A DNA stretch of 32,000 bases from Ignicoccus hospitalis KIN4/I (lineage in GTDB: Archaea; Thermoproteota; Thermoprotei_A; Sulfolobales; Ignicoccaceae), in NCBI RefSeq assembly GCF_000017945.1, contig NC_009776.1, forward strand, positions 1,140,001 through 1,172,000. The letters run 5' to 3'. Below, in pieces: positions 24,245 through 32,000 of this stretch. Position 1 is the stretch's first letter, and each line of letters begins with the position of its first letter. The notes beneath the pieces were generated by a model. That model did no database searches. It saw only the letters and a list, made by a program, of their open reading frames with translations, and was not told where the DNA came from. The translations under genes were made by a program, and so were the position numbers.

Positions 24245-25162
24245 TCAATTCTTGAAGAGGGATTCTACATACACCTTGCTGCGCTCCTCGACCCTCTCGA
24301 AGAACTCCTTCACGAACGCCTCAGGCCTCTCCGACCAGCTCTCGTCGGGCAGCTTTGCCTCCGAGAATGAAAGGATGGAAGATTCTAGCAACTTGGTCTT
24401 CAACCCCCTGGGCTTTGACCCCATCGCTATCATTAACTCCTTAGTTTTCGCCACTATTTCGCCGAGTTCCTTTGGAAGGTCTATCTTCACGCCCATTTCG
24501 TCGCACGAAATCGATGAGATTCTTATACCCACCACGTTCTGGCTCTTCTTTCCCAGCTCCTTCATAGCGAACCTCTTTAGCGCCTCCTCGTCAAATTCCT
24601 TCAAAGCGTCTGTGAGTCTCCTTATCGAAAATATAACCTCAGCAACCGTCTTCGAGTGCTCGCAACTAATTATCACGTTCAAAATGGATTCCTTCAGCGC
24701 TTCTACCTCACGATAGAGCCCCTCTGCCTCTTGGCGAAGAGGCGAGTTCGGCGGCGTAGAAGTTGATATCAAACGCACCAAGGCCGCTAGCCCCGAAATT
24801 ATGCTTAATAATTGCACCATGCGTACGAACGAGCTTTCCTTCCGGCGCGACTCCTCCTTAGGCCACAAGTTGGTCAAGACGCTCTCTAGGGAATCAACGT
24901 CGACTTCGCGCAAGTTATTGGCGATCTTCTCCGCCTCGGAGTGGTTGGTCGTTGGCGGCTTGATGAACGTCTTTATTAAAGGGTATTTCGACAAATGCTT
25001 CTTTCCTATTCTCATTTGTATGTTTTCCATCCTTGGGGGGCTGCTGGTCCTCGTGAAGACGTTGGCGGCGTCGTCGGAGGCGTTAGTGGCCGAGCTCAGC
25101 GTCGTCCACCCTCGGTTTAAGGCGGAAGGATAGATTTGAGTCTTGAGAACGCGTCTGTACAC
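24245..25162 (-). CDS. hypothetical protein
   Basis: 305 aa, the longest ORF in the interval and mostly helical K/E/L-rich. The N-terminal ~45 aa are low complexity, so the start may be internal (MENIQMRIGKK). No family recognised. Confidence 0.5.
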   Translation of the reverse strand: MYRRVLKTQIYPSALNRGWTTLSSATNASDDAANVFTRTSSPPRMENIQMRIGKKHLSKYPLIKTFIKPPTTNHSEAEKIANNLREVDVDSLESVLTNLWPKEESRRKESSFVRMVQLLSIISGLAALVRLISTSTPPNSPLRQEAEGLYREVEALKESILNVIISCEHSKTVAEVIFSIRRLTDALKEFDEEALKRFAMKELGKKSQNVVGIRISSISCDEMGVKIDLPKELGEIVAKTKELMIAMGSKPRGLKTKLLESSILSFSEAKLPDESWSERPEAFVKEFFERVEERSKVYVESLFKN

Positions 25163-25199
25163 TAAGGTAGCTTAAAAAACAAAGACTAAGTGCGTTAAG

Positions 25200-25691
25200 T
25201 TAGGAGTTCCTCTGCCTCCGCTTCCTAGCCCCCAAGAGGGCGGCTGCCCCGAGGGCCGCTATCCCGGCGAACGGGATGGATAGCTTGGCGGCATACATGA
25301 CTATCTCGGCGTCTAACTCGCCGCCGTTGCTCAAGGTTATGTTAATGACGGCGGAGGCAGTCTTGTTGGGCTCGAGGAGCAGCGTGAAGTTTTGGGAGCC
25401 CGTAGCCACGTTGCCGAGGTCGTCGCTGGCCGTCACGTTTATCGAACCTACTACCTCCAAGTTGCCTATCAGCGTTGGCGTGTGGTCTATGTCTATGGTG
25501 GTAGTAAACGGCACGTTAGGAGCTTCCTTAACTCCTTGAGTGGTGAAGGAGAACGGGCCTACCGTTAAAGCCACGGTGTAGGTGTAGGTTATCACCACAC
25601 CGCCCGTCCCTGGCTTGAGGGTCAAGGCGATGTAGTTGTTTGCTAAGACTGGTAGAGCTACGAGGATCAGCGCCAATAGGCCTTTCCTCAC
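25200..25691 (-). CDS. secreted protein with a C-terminal hydrophobic anchor and basic tail
   Basis: N-terminal signal-like MRKGLLALILVALPVLA, a beta-rich T/V/N body, and C-terminus IPFAGIAALGAAALLGARKRRQRNS. A TATA-like TTTTAAAGG lies about 40 nt upstream. Confidence 0.65.
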   Translation of the reverse strand: MRKGLLALILVALPVLANNYIALTLKPGTGGVVITYTYTVALTVGPFSFTTQGVKEAPNVPFTTTIDIDHTPTLIGNLEVVGSINVTASDDLGNVATGSQNFTLLLEPNKTASAVINITLSNGGELDAEIVMYAAKLSIPFAGIAALGAAALLGARKRRQRNS

Positions 25692-25750
25692 CGCACCTCA
25701 CCGCATCAGCGGAATAGACGGTTCGAGCCTTTAAAACTAGGGTGTCTGGG

Positions 25751-26629
25751 CTACTCCACTACCTTAACGTTTAGTATAGTTTCGAGGACTTTGCCGAACA
25801 CATAGCTGCCTATAGCTGTAGCCAGCAGTAGGCTCACCGTCTCTAAGTACTCCCTCTTGAAGTCCTTCTCTTGTATTGTAGCGCTATAATAGATGAACAG
25901 CCCCATTATTAACATTGCCAATAGCAGCGACGTACCGAAGGCTATCGCGACGCTGCCTATTAAGAAGTACGGGAGAGCTAGTAGAATCACAGACAATAAG
26001 TAGCTTATCATAGTGACGGCCGCGCTGACCGGAGGCCTTACCGACGGGTCGTGCTTAGCTTGCACGTAGGCCGCGCTGCCCATCGAGAGCGAGGCCGAGA
26101 AGCCGACTATCAGGCCGGCCATTCCGGCCACTACTGGGTTGTCCGTAGCTCCCAAGAAGCCCGCGTGGACACCGGTTATCTCTACGACGGAGTCTGCGAG
26201 GCCTAGGGCCACGTACCCCACGTACTTGGCTCGTGCGTCCTCAACCATCTCCACTAACTTCTTCTCGTGTTTTAGCTCGTCTTCCAGTATCTTCTTTATC
26301 TCCTCCTTCTCTTTTGCAAATTCTTCCGACTCCAGTAAGTTCTTGTAGAACTCCGCAGACACCTCCTCGCCGCTTTCCATCTTCTTTAAGATGAAGAGAG
26401 GGCCGAACAGCCTTCTCATTACCTTCAGTAGGAATTTGTTAACCTTGACTTCGCACTCCCTCCCCAAAACGGACCTCCAGAACTCGTAGTGCCTCCTCTC
26501 GTCCTCCGCCAGTTCGCTCAATAACTTCCTAGTCCTTTCGTCCTTCTCCATTTTCGCGAGCTCTGAATATACTATCCACGCCGCCTTCTCCGCCTTACAC
26601 CCAGCCTCCGCCACCGCTTCCTTGTTCAC
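25751..26629 (-). CDS. VIT1/CCC1-family iron transporter with an N-terminal ferritin/rubrerythrin-like domain
   Basis: ExxH pairs (EDERRHYEFW, EDELKHEKKL) are followed by GLADSVVEITGV and about 5 TM helices, as in ferritin-like CCC1 proteins. Confidence 0.85.
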   Translation of the reverse strand: MNKEAVAEAGCKAEKAAWIVYSELAKMEKDERTRKLLSELAEDERRHYEFWRSVLGRECEVKVNKFLLKVMRRLFGPLFILKKMESGEEVSAEFYKNLLESEEFAKEKEEIKKILEDELKHEKKLVEMVEDARAKYVGYVALGLADSVVEITGVHAGFLGATDNPVVAGMAGLIVGFSASLSMGSAAYVQAKHDPSVRPPVSAAVTMISYLLSVILLALPYFLIGSVAIAFGTSLLLAMLIMGLFIYYSATIQEKDFKREYLETVSLLLATAIGSYVFGKVLETILNVKVVE

Positions 26630-26861
26630 AAGCCTTCACCTTCGGTCAGTGAGGGGTGTAGGTAGAAATATAGAGTGAAGGCTCTCCGCTTATGTTTCGA
26701 AACCAAACCGACGTAGGGTAGAGCTGGACCACAAAACTTAAAAAATATGTCATGACGTGAGGAGGTACCAAGCTCACGTACACACTTATTATGGTTATTG
26801 TTGCGTTTCCGAGGGGCACTGGAAGTGATAGAGGCCGACGCTTCCCAAGGAATTTCCCCCT

Positions 26862-26875
26862 GGGGGGGGGGGGGG
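26862..26875. repeat. G14 homopolymer preceded by C5-T
   Basis: Direct count: 26856..26860 CCCCC, 26861 T, then 26862..26875 is 14 consecutive G, which merges into GGTGAG just before the GTG at 26883. Confidence 0.95.
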
Positions 26876-26882
26876 TGAGAAC

Positions 26883-27446
26883 GTGAGCAGGGTTAATAGG
26901 CTGTCTACTGATAAAGTGACGGAAGAAATAATGAAGCACGAGGTTGAGATATTGAGAGAAAGTGAGAACGTGTGCTTGAGTCCCGCCCTCGTTAACGGAA
27001 TAGTAGCTGCTTACCAAATAGCCATAACCAAAGCCCTAGGGGCCGGTGCCAACGCCCTCAGTCAGATGCTCCTCCAAGAGCTGGGAGAGCTCCTAAGCGA
27101 GTACGTGGAACAAGTGGTAGGGGGCGTAGACTTCACGAAGCCCGAAGAGGCGATCTCCAAAGTTTTCGCCGAGCTAAAGCTGGCAGACGAAGTGAAGGTT
27201 AAGAGGGAAGGAGATGAGTGGCACGTTGAAATTAAGGGATCCGTCTTCAAACCGACCTACGAGATATTGAGGGAGAGGGGCGTAAAGTTCTTCACCCTAA
27301 GCCCCGAGGCCCTCATCGTGGCGTCCATAATAAGGAAGTACCTCAGAATCAAGGGCAACGGGAACGAGAGAGTGAGCGTAAAGGCGGAGGTCCCAGAAGG
27401 GGACACCTTAGTATTTAAAGTCAAAGAAGTCAAAGCGCTCAGGTGA
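26883..27446 (+). CDS. hypothetical protein (possibly V4R-like small-molecule-binding fold)
   Basis: 187 aa; an alternative ATG at 26928 gives MKHEVEIL. A helical N-terminal half is followed by an alpha/beta C-terminal half. The V4R suggestion is an impression only. Confidence 0.5.
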   Translation: MSRVNRLSTDKVTEEIMKHEVEILRESENVCLSPALVNGIVAAYQIAITKALGAGANALSQMLLQELGELLSEYVEQVVGGVDFTKPEEAISKVFAELKLADEVKVKREGDEWHVEIKGSVFKPTYEILRERGVKFFTLSPEALIVASIIRKYLRIKGNGNERVSVKAEVPEGDTLVFKVKEVKALR

Positions 27447-27449
27447 ACT

Positions 27450-28347
<898 letters not shown>

Positions 28348-28368
28348 GTCGGCTGGGCTCCCTTCTAC

Positions 28369-28385
28369 CTTATAAGTTTAATACC
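28369..28385. promoter_or_regulatory. AT-rich TATA-like element (CTTATAAGTTTAATACC) between tRNA-Ala and the divergent operon
   Basis: Centred about 28 nt upstream of the tRNA-Ala 5' end (minus strand) and about 38 nt upstream of the ATG at 28413 (plus strand). Confidence 0.4.
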
Positions 28386-28412
28386 ACGACGTTCCTCCCC
28401 TCCGGGAGGAGA

Positions 28413-28949
28413 ATGGACCCTCTAACCCTCGCCCTCCACGTTTGTCTAACGTTAAACGCCACGGTTACTTCATTTCTAGCTAAAGGAGGTCTGTACGTCA
28501 ACGCGTTCGCAAACTACTTCCACTACTACGCGTCAACATTAGAGTTCTGCGTCGCTGCCAATCATACTGCCAAACTTCTGAAAGAGATAAAGACTTTGGA
28601 CGCCCTAGCCGCGGAAGTCCTCCAGAGGCCTCCGGAAGTTCAAAAAGTACTGAAACTTACCAAGCTCGTAAAGGAAATGAAAGTCTTAATCAGTCAGCTC
28701 AACTGTACCTTGAAGGAGCTCGAGAGAGCCTCTAGCGCCCTAGAGGACTTGCCCACTGTCAAGTGCGTCGGTGAGACTAGCAACCCGTACCTCGAGGTGT
28801 TCTGCGCGCTCTCGGACGCTGTTGAAAGAATTAGGACTAACGAACCGGGGCTCGTTCAGTACTTGAAGTCCAACGCGCTCGAGGCGAGCCAGAAGGTTTC
28901 CTATTATGAGAGCGCTTTAATTGGGTGCAGGATGCCCTCCTCCGGGTAG
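28413..28949 (+). CDS. hypothetical helical protein, first gene of the Cys-rich paralog operon
   Basis: 178 aa with a GGAGG Shine-Dalgarno-like element upstream. Contains three N-x-T sequons (NAT, NHT, NCT) and 6 Cys. Its stop overlaps the next gene by 25 nt. Confidence 0.55.
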   Translation: MDPLTLALHVCLTLNATVTSFLAKGGLYVNAFANYFHYYASTLEFCVAANHTAKLLKEIKTLDALAAEVLQRPPEVQKVLKLTKLVKEMKVLISQLNCTLKELERASSALEDLPTVKCVGETSNPYLEVFCALSDAVERIRTNEPGLVQYLKSNALEASQKVSYYESALIGCRMPSSG

Positions 28950-29701
28950 GCTTTTTGCTAACGCTCTTGGCCCTCGCGGCGCTCCCCTCTTTTGCCGACA
29001 TAGCGTTCAAGATATTTAATATCAACAAAACTTACGTAATAAACGTAGTGGTCGATAACCCTTCGGAAATCAAGGTCTTAATTGTCGACGGCTGCGGGAG
29101 CTCGACGCTCGCTTCAAACGCGCTGATCCTCAACCTGTGTAAAGGCTCCAAGGCCCTCTTCGTATATGACGGGTGGAGGGGAGCGGTCAGCTGCTCGAGT
29201 AAGGGGTGCTGCGCGGCAGCGGTGAAGAGGATAGAAGAGGGCTTCTTGATCAAGGCCTTCGGACGCGGCGAGCTCTTGATTGACGGAGAGGGAGTGACCT
29301 TCCTCAAGGGCGGGGTAGAGGAGGAGTGTGTTAAGAAGAAAAACGAAGTAATTTACATACCTAAGTGTAAAAAGGTTGTGTGTGTAAAGAGCGCGCCCGT
29401 CGGTGAGCTCAAGTGCAAGACGAGGGGCGGGGAGGGATGGCTAACTAAGACTTGCGTGGCAAAGGAGGCTTGTTTGGAGTGGGGGTGCGCGAAGTGGACC
29501 AGCTACCCCGTCAGGCTAGCCTTTTGTGAAGTAACCGAAAGGAGGTTGTTCCTCCTTAACCCGACGCCCTCGTCCAGCTTCTTGTTGATAAAGTTGAACG
29601 GGGGAGCGCAAGTCCTCCTACCAGCTGAGATAAAGGAGAGGCCTTACGCCATAACGGTCTACGCGGGTGGGGAGCCTTGCGCCTCCTTCCTCTGGCGCTA
29701 A
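28925..29701 (+). CDS. secreted Cys-rich protein, paralog 1 (CLEWGCAKW motif)
   Basis: Signal-like LRVGFLLTLLALAALPSFA, 19 Cys, and the motif CLEWGCAKW at 29471..29497. No family recognised. Confidence 0.7.
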   Translation: MQDALLRVGFLLTLLALAALPSFADIAFKIFNINKTYVINVVVDNPSEIKVLIVDGCGSSTLASNALILNLCKGSKALFVYDGWRGAVSCSSKGCCAAAVKRIEEGFLIKAFGRGELLIDGEGVTFLKGGVEEECVKKKNEVIYIPKCKKVVCVKSAPVGELKCKTRGGEGWLTKTCVAKEACLEWGCAKWTSYPVRLAFCEVTERRLFLLNPTPSSSFLLIKLNGGAQVLLPAEIKERPYAITVYAGGEPCASFLWR

Positions 29702-30753
29702 CCCTACTAGCCCTAGCGGCTACCCTCGAGGGCTGCGCGACCGTGAAAACAGAGGTGGAGGGCGCTACCGTGAAGTTCCTCGTGGCCGCCCTCTGCGAGG
29801 GCGAGTACAGACTGAAGGTCGAGGTCTCCGGGGCCTCCGTGAGCGCCGCCTCGGGGTTCCGGGAAGTGGCCGGGGGCACGGCGGAGTGGGAGGGCCTCCT
29901 GCGCCCCGGCGAGGTGAAGGCACTTTACTTAACCTTGAGCCACGTAGGCCCCGAAACGGGCGTCGAGTACGAACTCTCCTACGAGGGGCGCGCAGCGGCC
30001 TCCGGCACAGTAGGCCTCGGGAGGTGCCTCTCGGCGACCGCGAGGGCCCAAGCCTTGGAGGAACAGATCAAGGGCGTCGAGAGCGGTTACGGAGAGCTTA
30101 GTCTGGCCGTCAGAAACGCTTGCGACGAGGAAGTGGAGGGGTCGGCGATAGTGAAGTTCCTTTACGCCAACCCCTCCCCTAAGGCCTACGTGGAGTACTG
30201 CTCAGAGGGGCGGACCGAGGTCTACCGGGTCCCCTCTTGTGCGGAGGCCGGCGAGGGGCCCTTGCTAGCTTGTAGGACTTGGGGGGTGGGGGAGTTCAAG
30301 GTAACGGAGCTGACGGAGAGCATCTACGTCGAAAAGGGGACCTCGAGGGCCGCGCGGCGCCTCGAGGAAGTGTTAGAAAGGGTCCCTAAGTGCTTGGAGT
30401 GGACTTGTTATAGGTGGATAAGCGTTCCGAGGACCTTTAGTTACTGTGCCGTAATGAAGAACTCAGGACTGAAGAGCGACGGACACGTCGTGGGGAAGGC
30501 CGTGGTCTTCAAGTTTAGGTTAGGGCCCCACGAGTCCAAGGTAGTTAAGACCTATTTCTCCAACGTCACGCCGGCCTTTTACCTAGGCTTCTTGGAGGAC
30601 AGAGCGAAAGTGCCTTTGGCGGTAGTTAAGGTAGGAGACGAGGAGCTGACCATACCGTGGTACGCCCCAAACGCCGCCTACCCGCTGACAGTAGCAGTTT
30701 ACGCGCTGGCGCTGGTATTAATGGTGTTAGCGTTGGTAAGGCTCTTCTCCTAA
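29677..30753 (+). CDS. Cys-rich envelope protein, paralog 2 (CLEWTCYRW motif) with a C-terminal TM anchor
   Basis: TTG start. Signal-like MRLLPLALTLLALAATLEGC (Cys after the h-region), motif at 30391..30417, shared VRNACDEEVE and LGPHESK blocks, and terminal TM PLTVAVYALALVLMVLALV. Confidence 0.7.
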   Translation: MRLLPLALTLLALAATLEGCATVKTEVEGATVKFLVAALCEGEYRLKVEVSGASVSAASGFREVAGGTAEWEGLLRPGEVKALYLTLSHVGPETGVEYELSYEGRAAASGTVGLGRCLSATARAQALEEQIKGVESGYGELSLAVRNACDEEVEGSAIVKFLYANPSPKAYVEYCSEGRTEVYRVPSCAEAGEGPLLACRTWGVGEFKVTELTESIYVEKGTSRAARRLEEVLERVPKCLEWTCYRWISVPRTFSYCAVMKNSGLKSDGHVVGKAVVFKFRLGPHESKVVKTYFSNVTPAFYLGFLEDRAKVPLAVVKVGDEELTIPWYAPNAAYPLTVAVYALALVLMVLALVRLFS

Positions 30754-31685
30754 CCCTAGCGCTCTCTACCGTCGCCCTGAGCTGCGTACAAGTTACCCGT
30801 TCGTTCGTCCAGCTCTCGGACGAGTCGGAGCTGAAGCTCCGGGTATCCGTCACTTGCCCGGGCGACGTGGAAGTCAGGATAGAGGCGGACGTGGCGCCCT
30901 ACTCCGCAACCGGCCCTCTGAAGGCCGAAGGGGGCTCTTACGTCCTCGCAACGGATAAGGAAGGGGAGCTCTGGGCGTCCTTGCGCTTCCCTGGCAATCA
31001 CCCCCACATAACGATAAAGGTGTATTACGAGTCCCAGCTGGTCGACGAAACCGTCGTTAACCCCAAGGGCTGCGTAGCAGTAACCCTTCGTCCCTCCGAG
31101 GACGGCAAGGTAGTCGGCTTGGTAGTGGAGAACTTGTGCGAGAAGGAGGTAGAAGTCCCCATAAAGGTGGTCGGAGAGGGCGCAACAGAGTCGCTGAAGA
31201 GGTCTACGTGCGTCGAGAAGGTGGCCAAGCTGGGCTACGCGCGCGAGTGCGTCGAGTGGACTTGTGCTAAGTGGCTCTACGCCAGTACATGCGCGAAGAA
31301 GAGGGTCACGTGCGTTGACGGCGAGTGCGAGGAGCGGTGCGAACTCAAGCTTACCGTACCTACCGCCTGCGAGAAGTGGGCGTGTTCCAAAACGCAAATG
31401 GTTCCGACAGTAAAGTACGAGTGTACCAAGCATGATGTAGAGGCGGTTAGGAGCTCGTGGCCCCCTTCCGGCGAGGGGACCTTCGAGGGGATTCTGAAGC
31501 TAGGGCCCAAGGAGACGAAGGCGCTTAGGTTCGTCTTCAAAGGAGGCGCGAGGAAGGCTATCGTAGGGGAGTTCGAAGCGGAGCTCCCGGGGCCCCCTCC
31601 CCCGCCTTTCGAGGTGAATTACCTGCCTATGATAATAAGCTTGGTCGTTATAGTTTTCTCCTTGTCAGTGCTCCTCACTTCTTGA
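30657..31685 (+). CDS. Cys-rich envelope protein, paralog 3 (CVEWTCAKW plus degenerate CEKWACSK) with a C-terminal TM anchor
   Basis: GTG start. Basic n-region followed by ALLLTLALSTVALSC, motif at 31248..31274, shared VENLCEKEVE and LGPKETK blocks, a PGPPPPP linker, and terminal TM MIISLVVIVFSLSVLL. Overlaps paralog 2 by 97 nt. Confidence 0.7.
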   Translation: MVRPKRRLPADSSSLRAGAGINGVSVGKALLLTLALSTVALSCVQVTRSFVQLSDESELKLRVSVTCPGDVEVRIEADVAPYSATGPLKAEGGSYVLATDKEGELWASLRFPGNHPHITIKVYYESQLVDETVVNPKGCVAVTLRPSEDGKVVGLVVENLCEKEVEVPIKVVGEGATESLKRSTCVEKVAKLGYARECVEWTCAKWLYASTCAKKRVTCVDGECEERCELKLTVPTACEKWACSKTQMVPTVKYECTKHDVEAVRSSWPPSGEGTFEGILKLGPKETKALRFVFKGGARKAIVGEFEAELPGPPPPPFEVNYLPMIISLVVIVFSLSVLLTS

Positions 31686-32000
31686 TCCTCGTCGCCTCCT
31701 TCAAGAGCGCCTCCACTTGGGCGCCTACTGCTCCCTCGTCGTAAGGGGGGTAGGGCTTGCCCTCCTCCAAGTCCAAGGGCCCGGAGCAGAACATCCCCCA
31801 GCTCACCACCCCCCTCAGCTCAGCTGGGGGGAGCAGCGCAACTGCCCTCACCTCCCCCTCCTTCACTTCACTTATGTTGGTTACGACGGTGATAGCTACC
31901 TTCCCCAAACCGGTCCTAGTCACCTTCAACTTGTCCGCGTTGGGGTGGTCCTTCACCGTCAACACTCGCCCGGAGAAGACCAAGACCGCCCTGCCCGGGC
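31675..32000 (-). CDS. tRNA-binding (OB-fold, Trbp111/PheT-N-like) domain protein, possibly continuing past the window edge
   Basis: HPNADKLKV and LRGVVSWGMFCS are hallmarks of the tRNA_bind domain. The frame stays open from 31983 to the window end. Confidence 0.75.
   Translation of the reverse strand, partial: PGRAVLVFSGRVLTVKDHPNADKLKVTRTGLGKVAITVVTNISEVKEGEVRAVALLPPAELRGVVSWGMFCSGPLDLEEGKPYPPYDEGAVGAQVEALLKEATRIKK

Noticed and set aside
26646-27017. 123 aa minus-strand ORF crossing the VIT1 / 26883 spacer
   Set aside because: It spans the divergent promoter region and reads through the C14 side of the homopolymer (a PPPP run). It also overlaps the better plus-strand ORF.
29667-30101. 144 aa alternative-frame ORF inside paralog 2
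   Set aside because: It is an R/G/P-rich translation typical of an off-frame read of GC-rich coding sequence. The 29677 frame shows the motifs shared with the paralogs.
30756-31433. 225 aa minus-strand ORF antisense to paralog 3
   Set aside because: It is a shadow ORF. The plus frame contains the conserved CVEWTCAKW motif and the signal and anchor features.

Overview
The window looks like a gene-dense chromosomal segment of a hyperthermophilic crenarchaeon. This is inferred from the archaeal-type replication proteins, the moderately high GC content and the frequent GTG/TTG starts with short gene overlaps. A Desulfurococcales or Ignicoccus-like origin is only a guess. The dominant theme is DNA replication. 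Orc1/Cdc6, a small winged-helix protein, MCM and GINS23 sit back to back with RFC small and large subunits at 10.3-17.0 kb. A GINS15/51-like ORF and Hel308 lie at 1.5-4.2 kb, and a DHH/RecJ-like phosphoesterase lies at 22.3-23.4 kb. Housekeeping genes include a HAD phosphatase, EPSP synthase, amt-glnK, TrpRS, an isolated A-type ATPase subunit A, a DUF167 protein, a methyltransferase and a ferritin-like VIT1 iron transporter. Three tRNAs are present: Arg-CCG, Glu-CUC and Ala-UGC. I saw no CRISPR array, rRNA, transposase or integrase. The most unusual content is a four-gene, translationally coupled operon at 28.4-31.7 kb. It encodes three paralogous Cys-rich secreted or anchored proteins that share a C-[LV]-E-W-x-C-x-[KR]-W motif I cannot assign to any family. 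Other points worth checking are a TM2-domain gene split by an in-frame TAG, a 459 bp ORF-free tract near cdc6, a C-x22-C-x6-C-x2-C Fe-S-type motif in TrpRS, a G14 homopolymer, and phased ACAATATT repeats upstream of amt.
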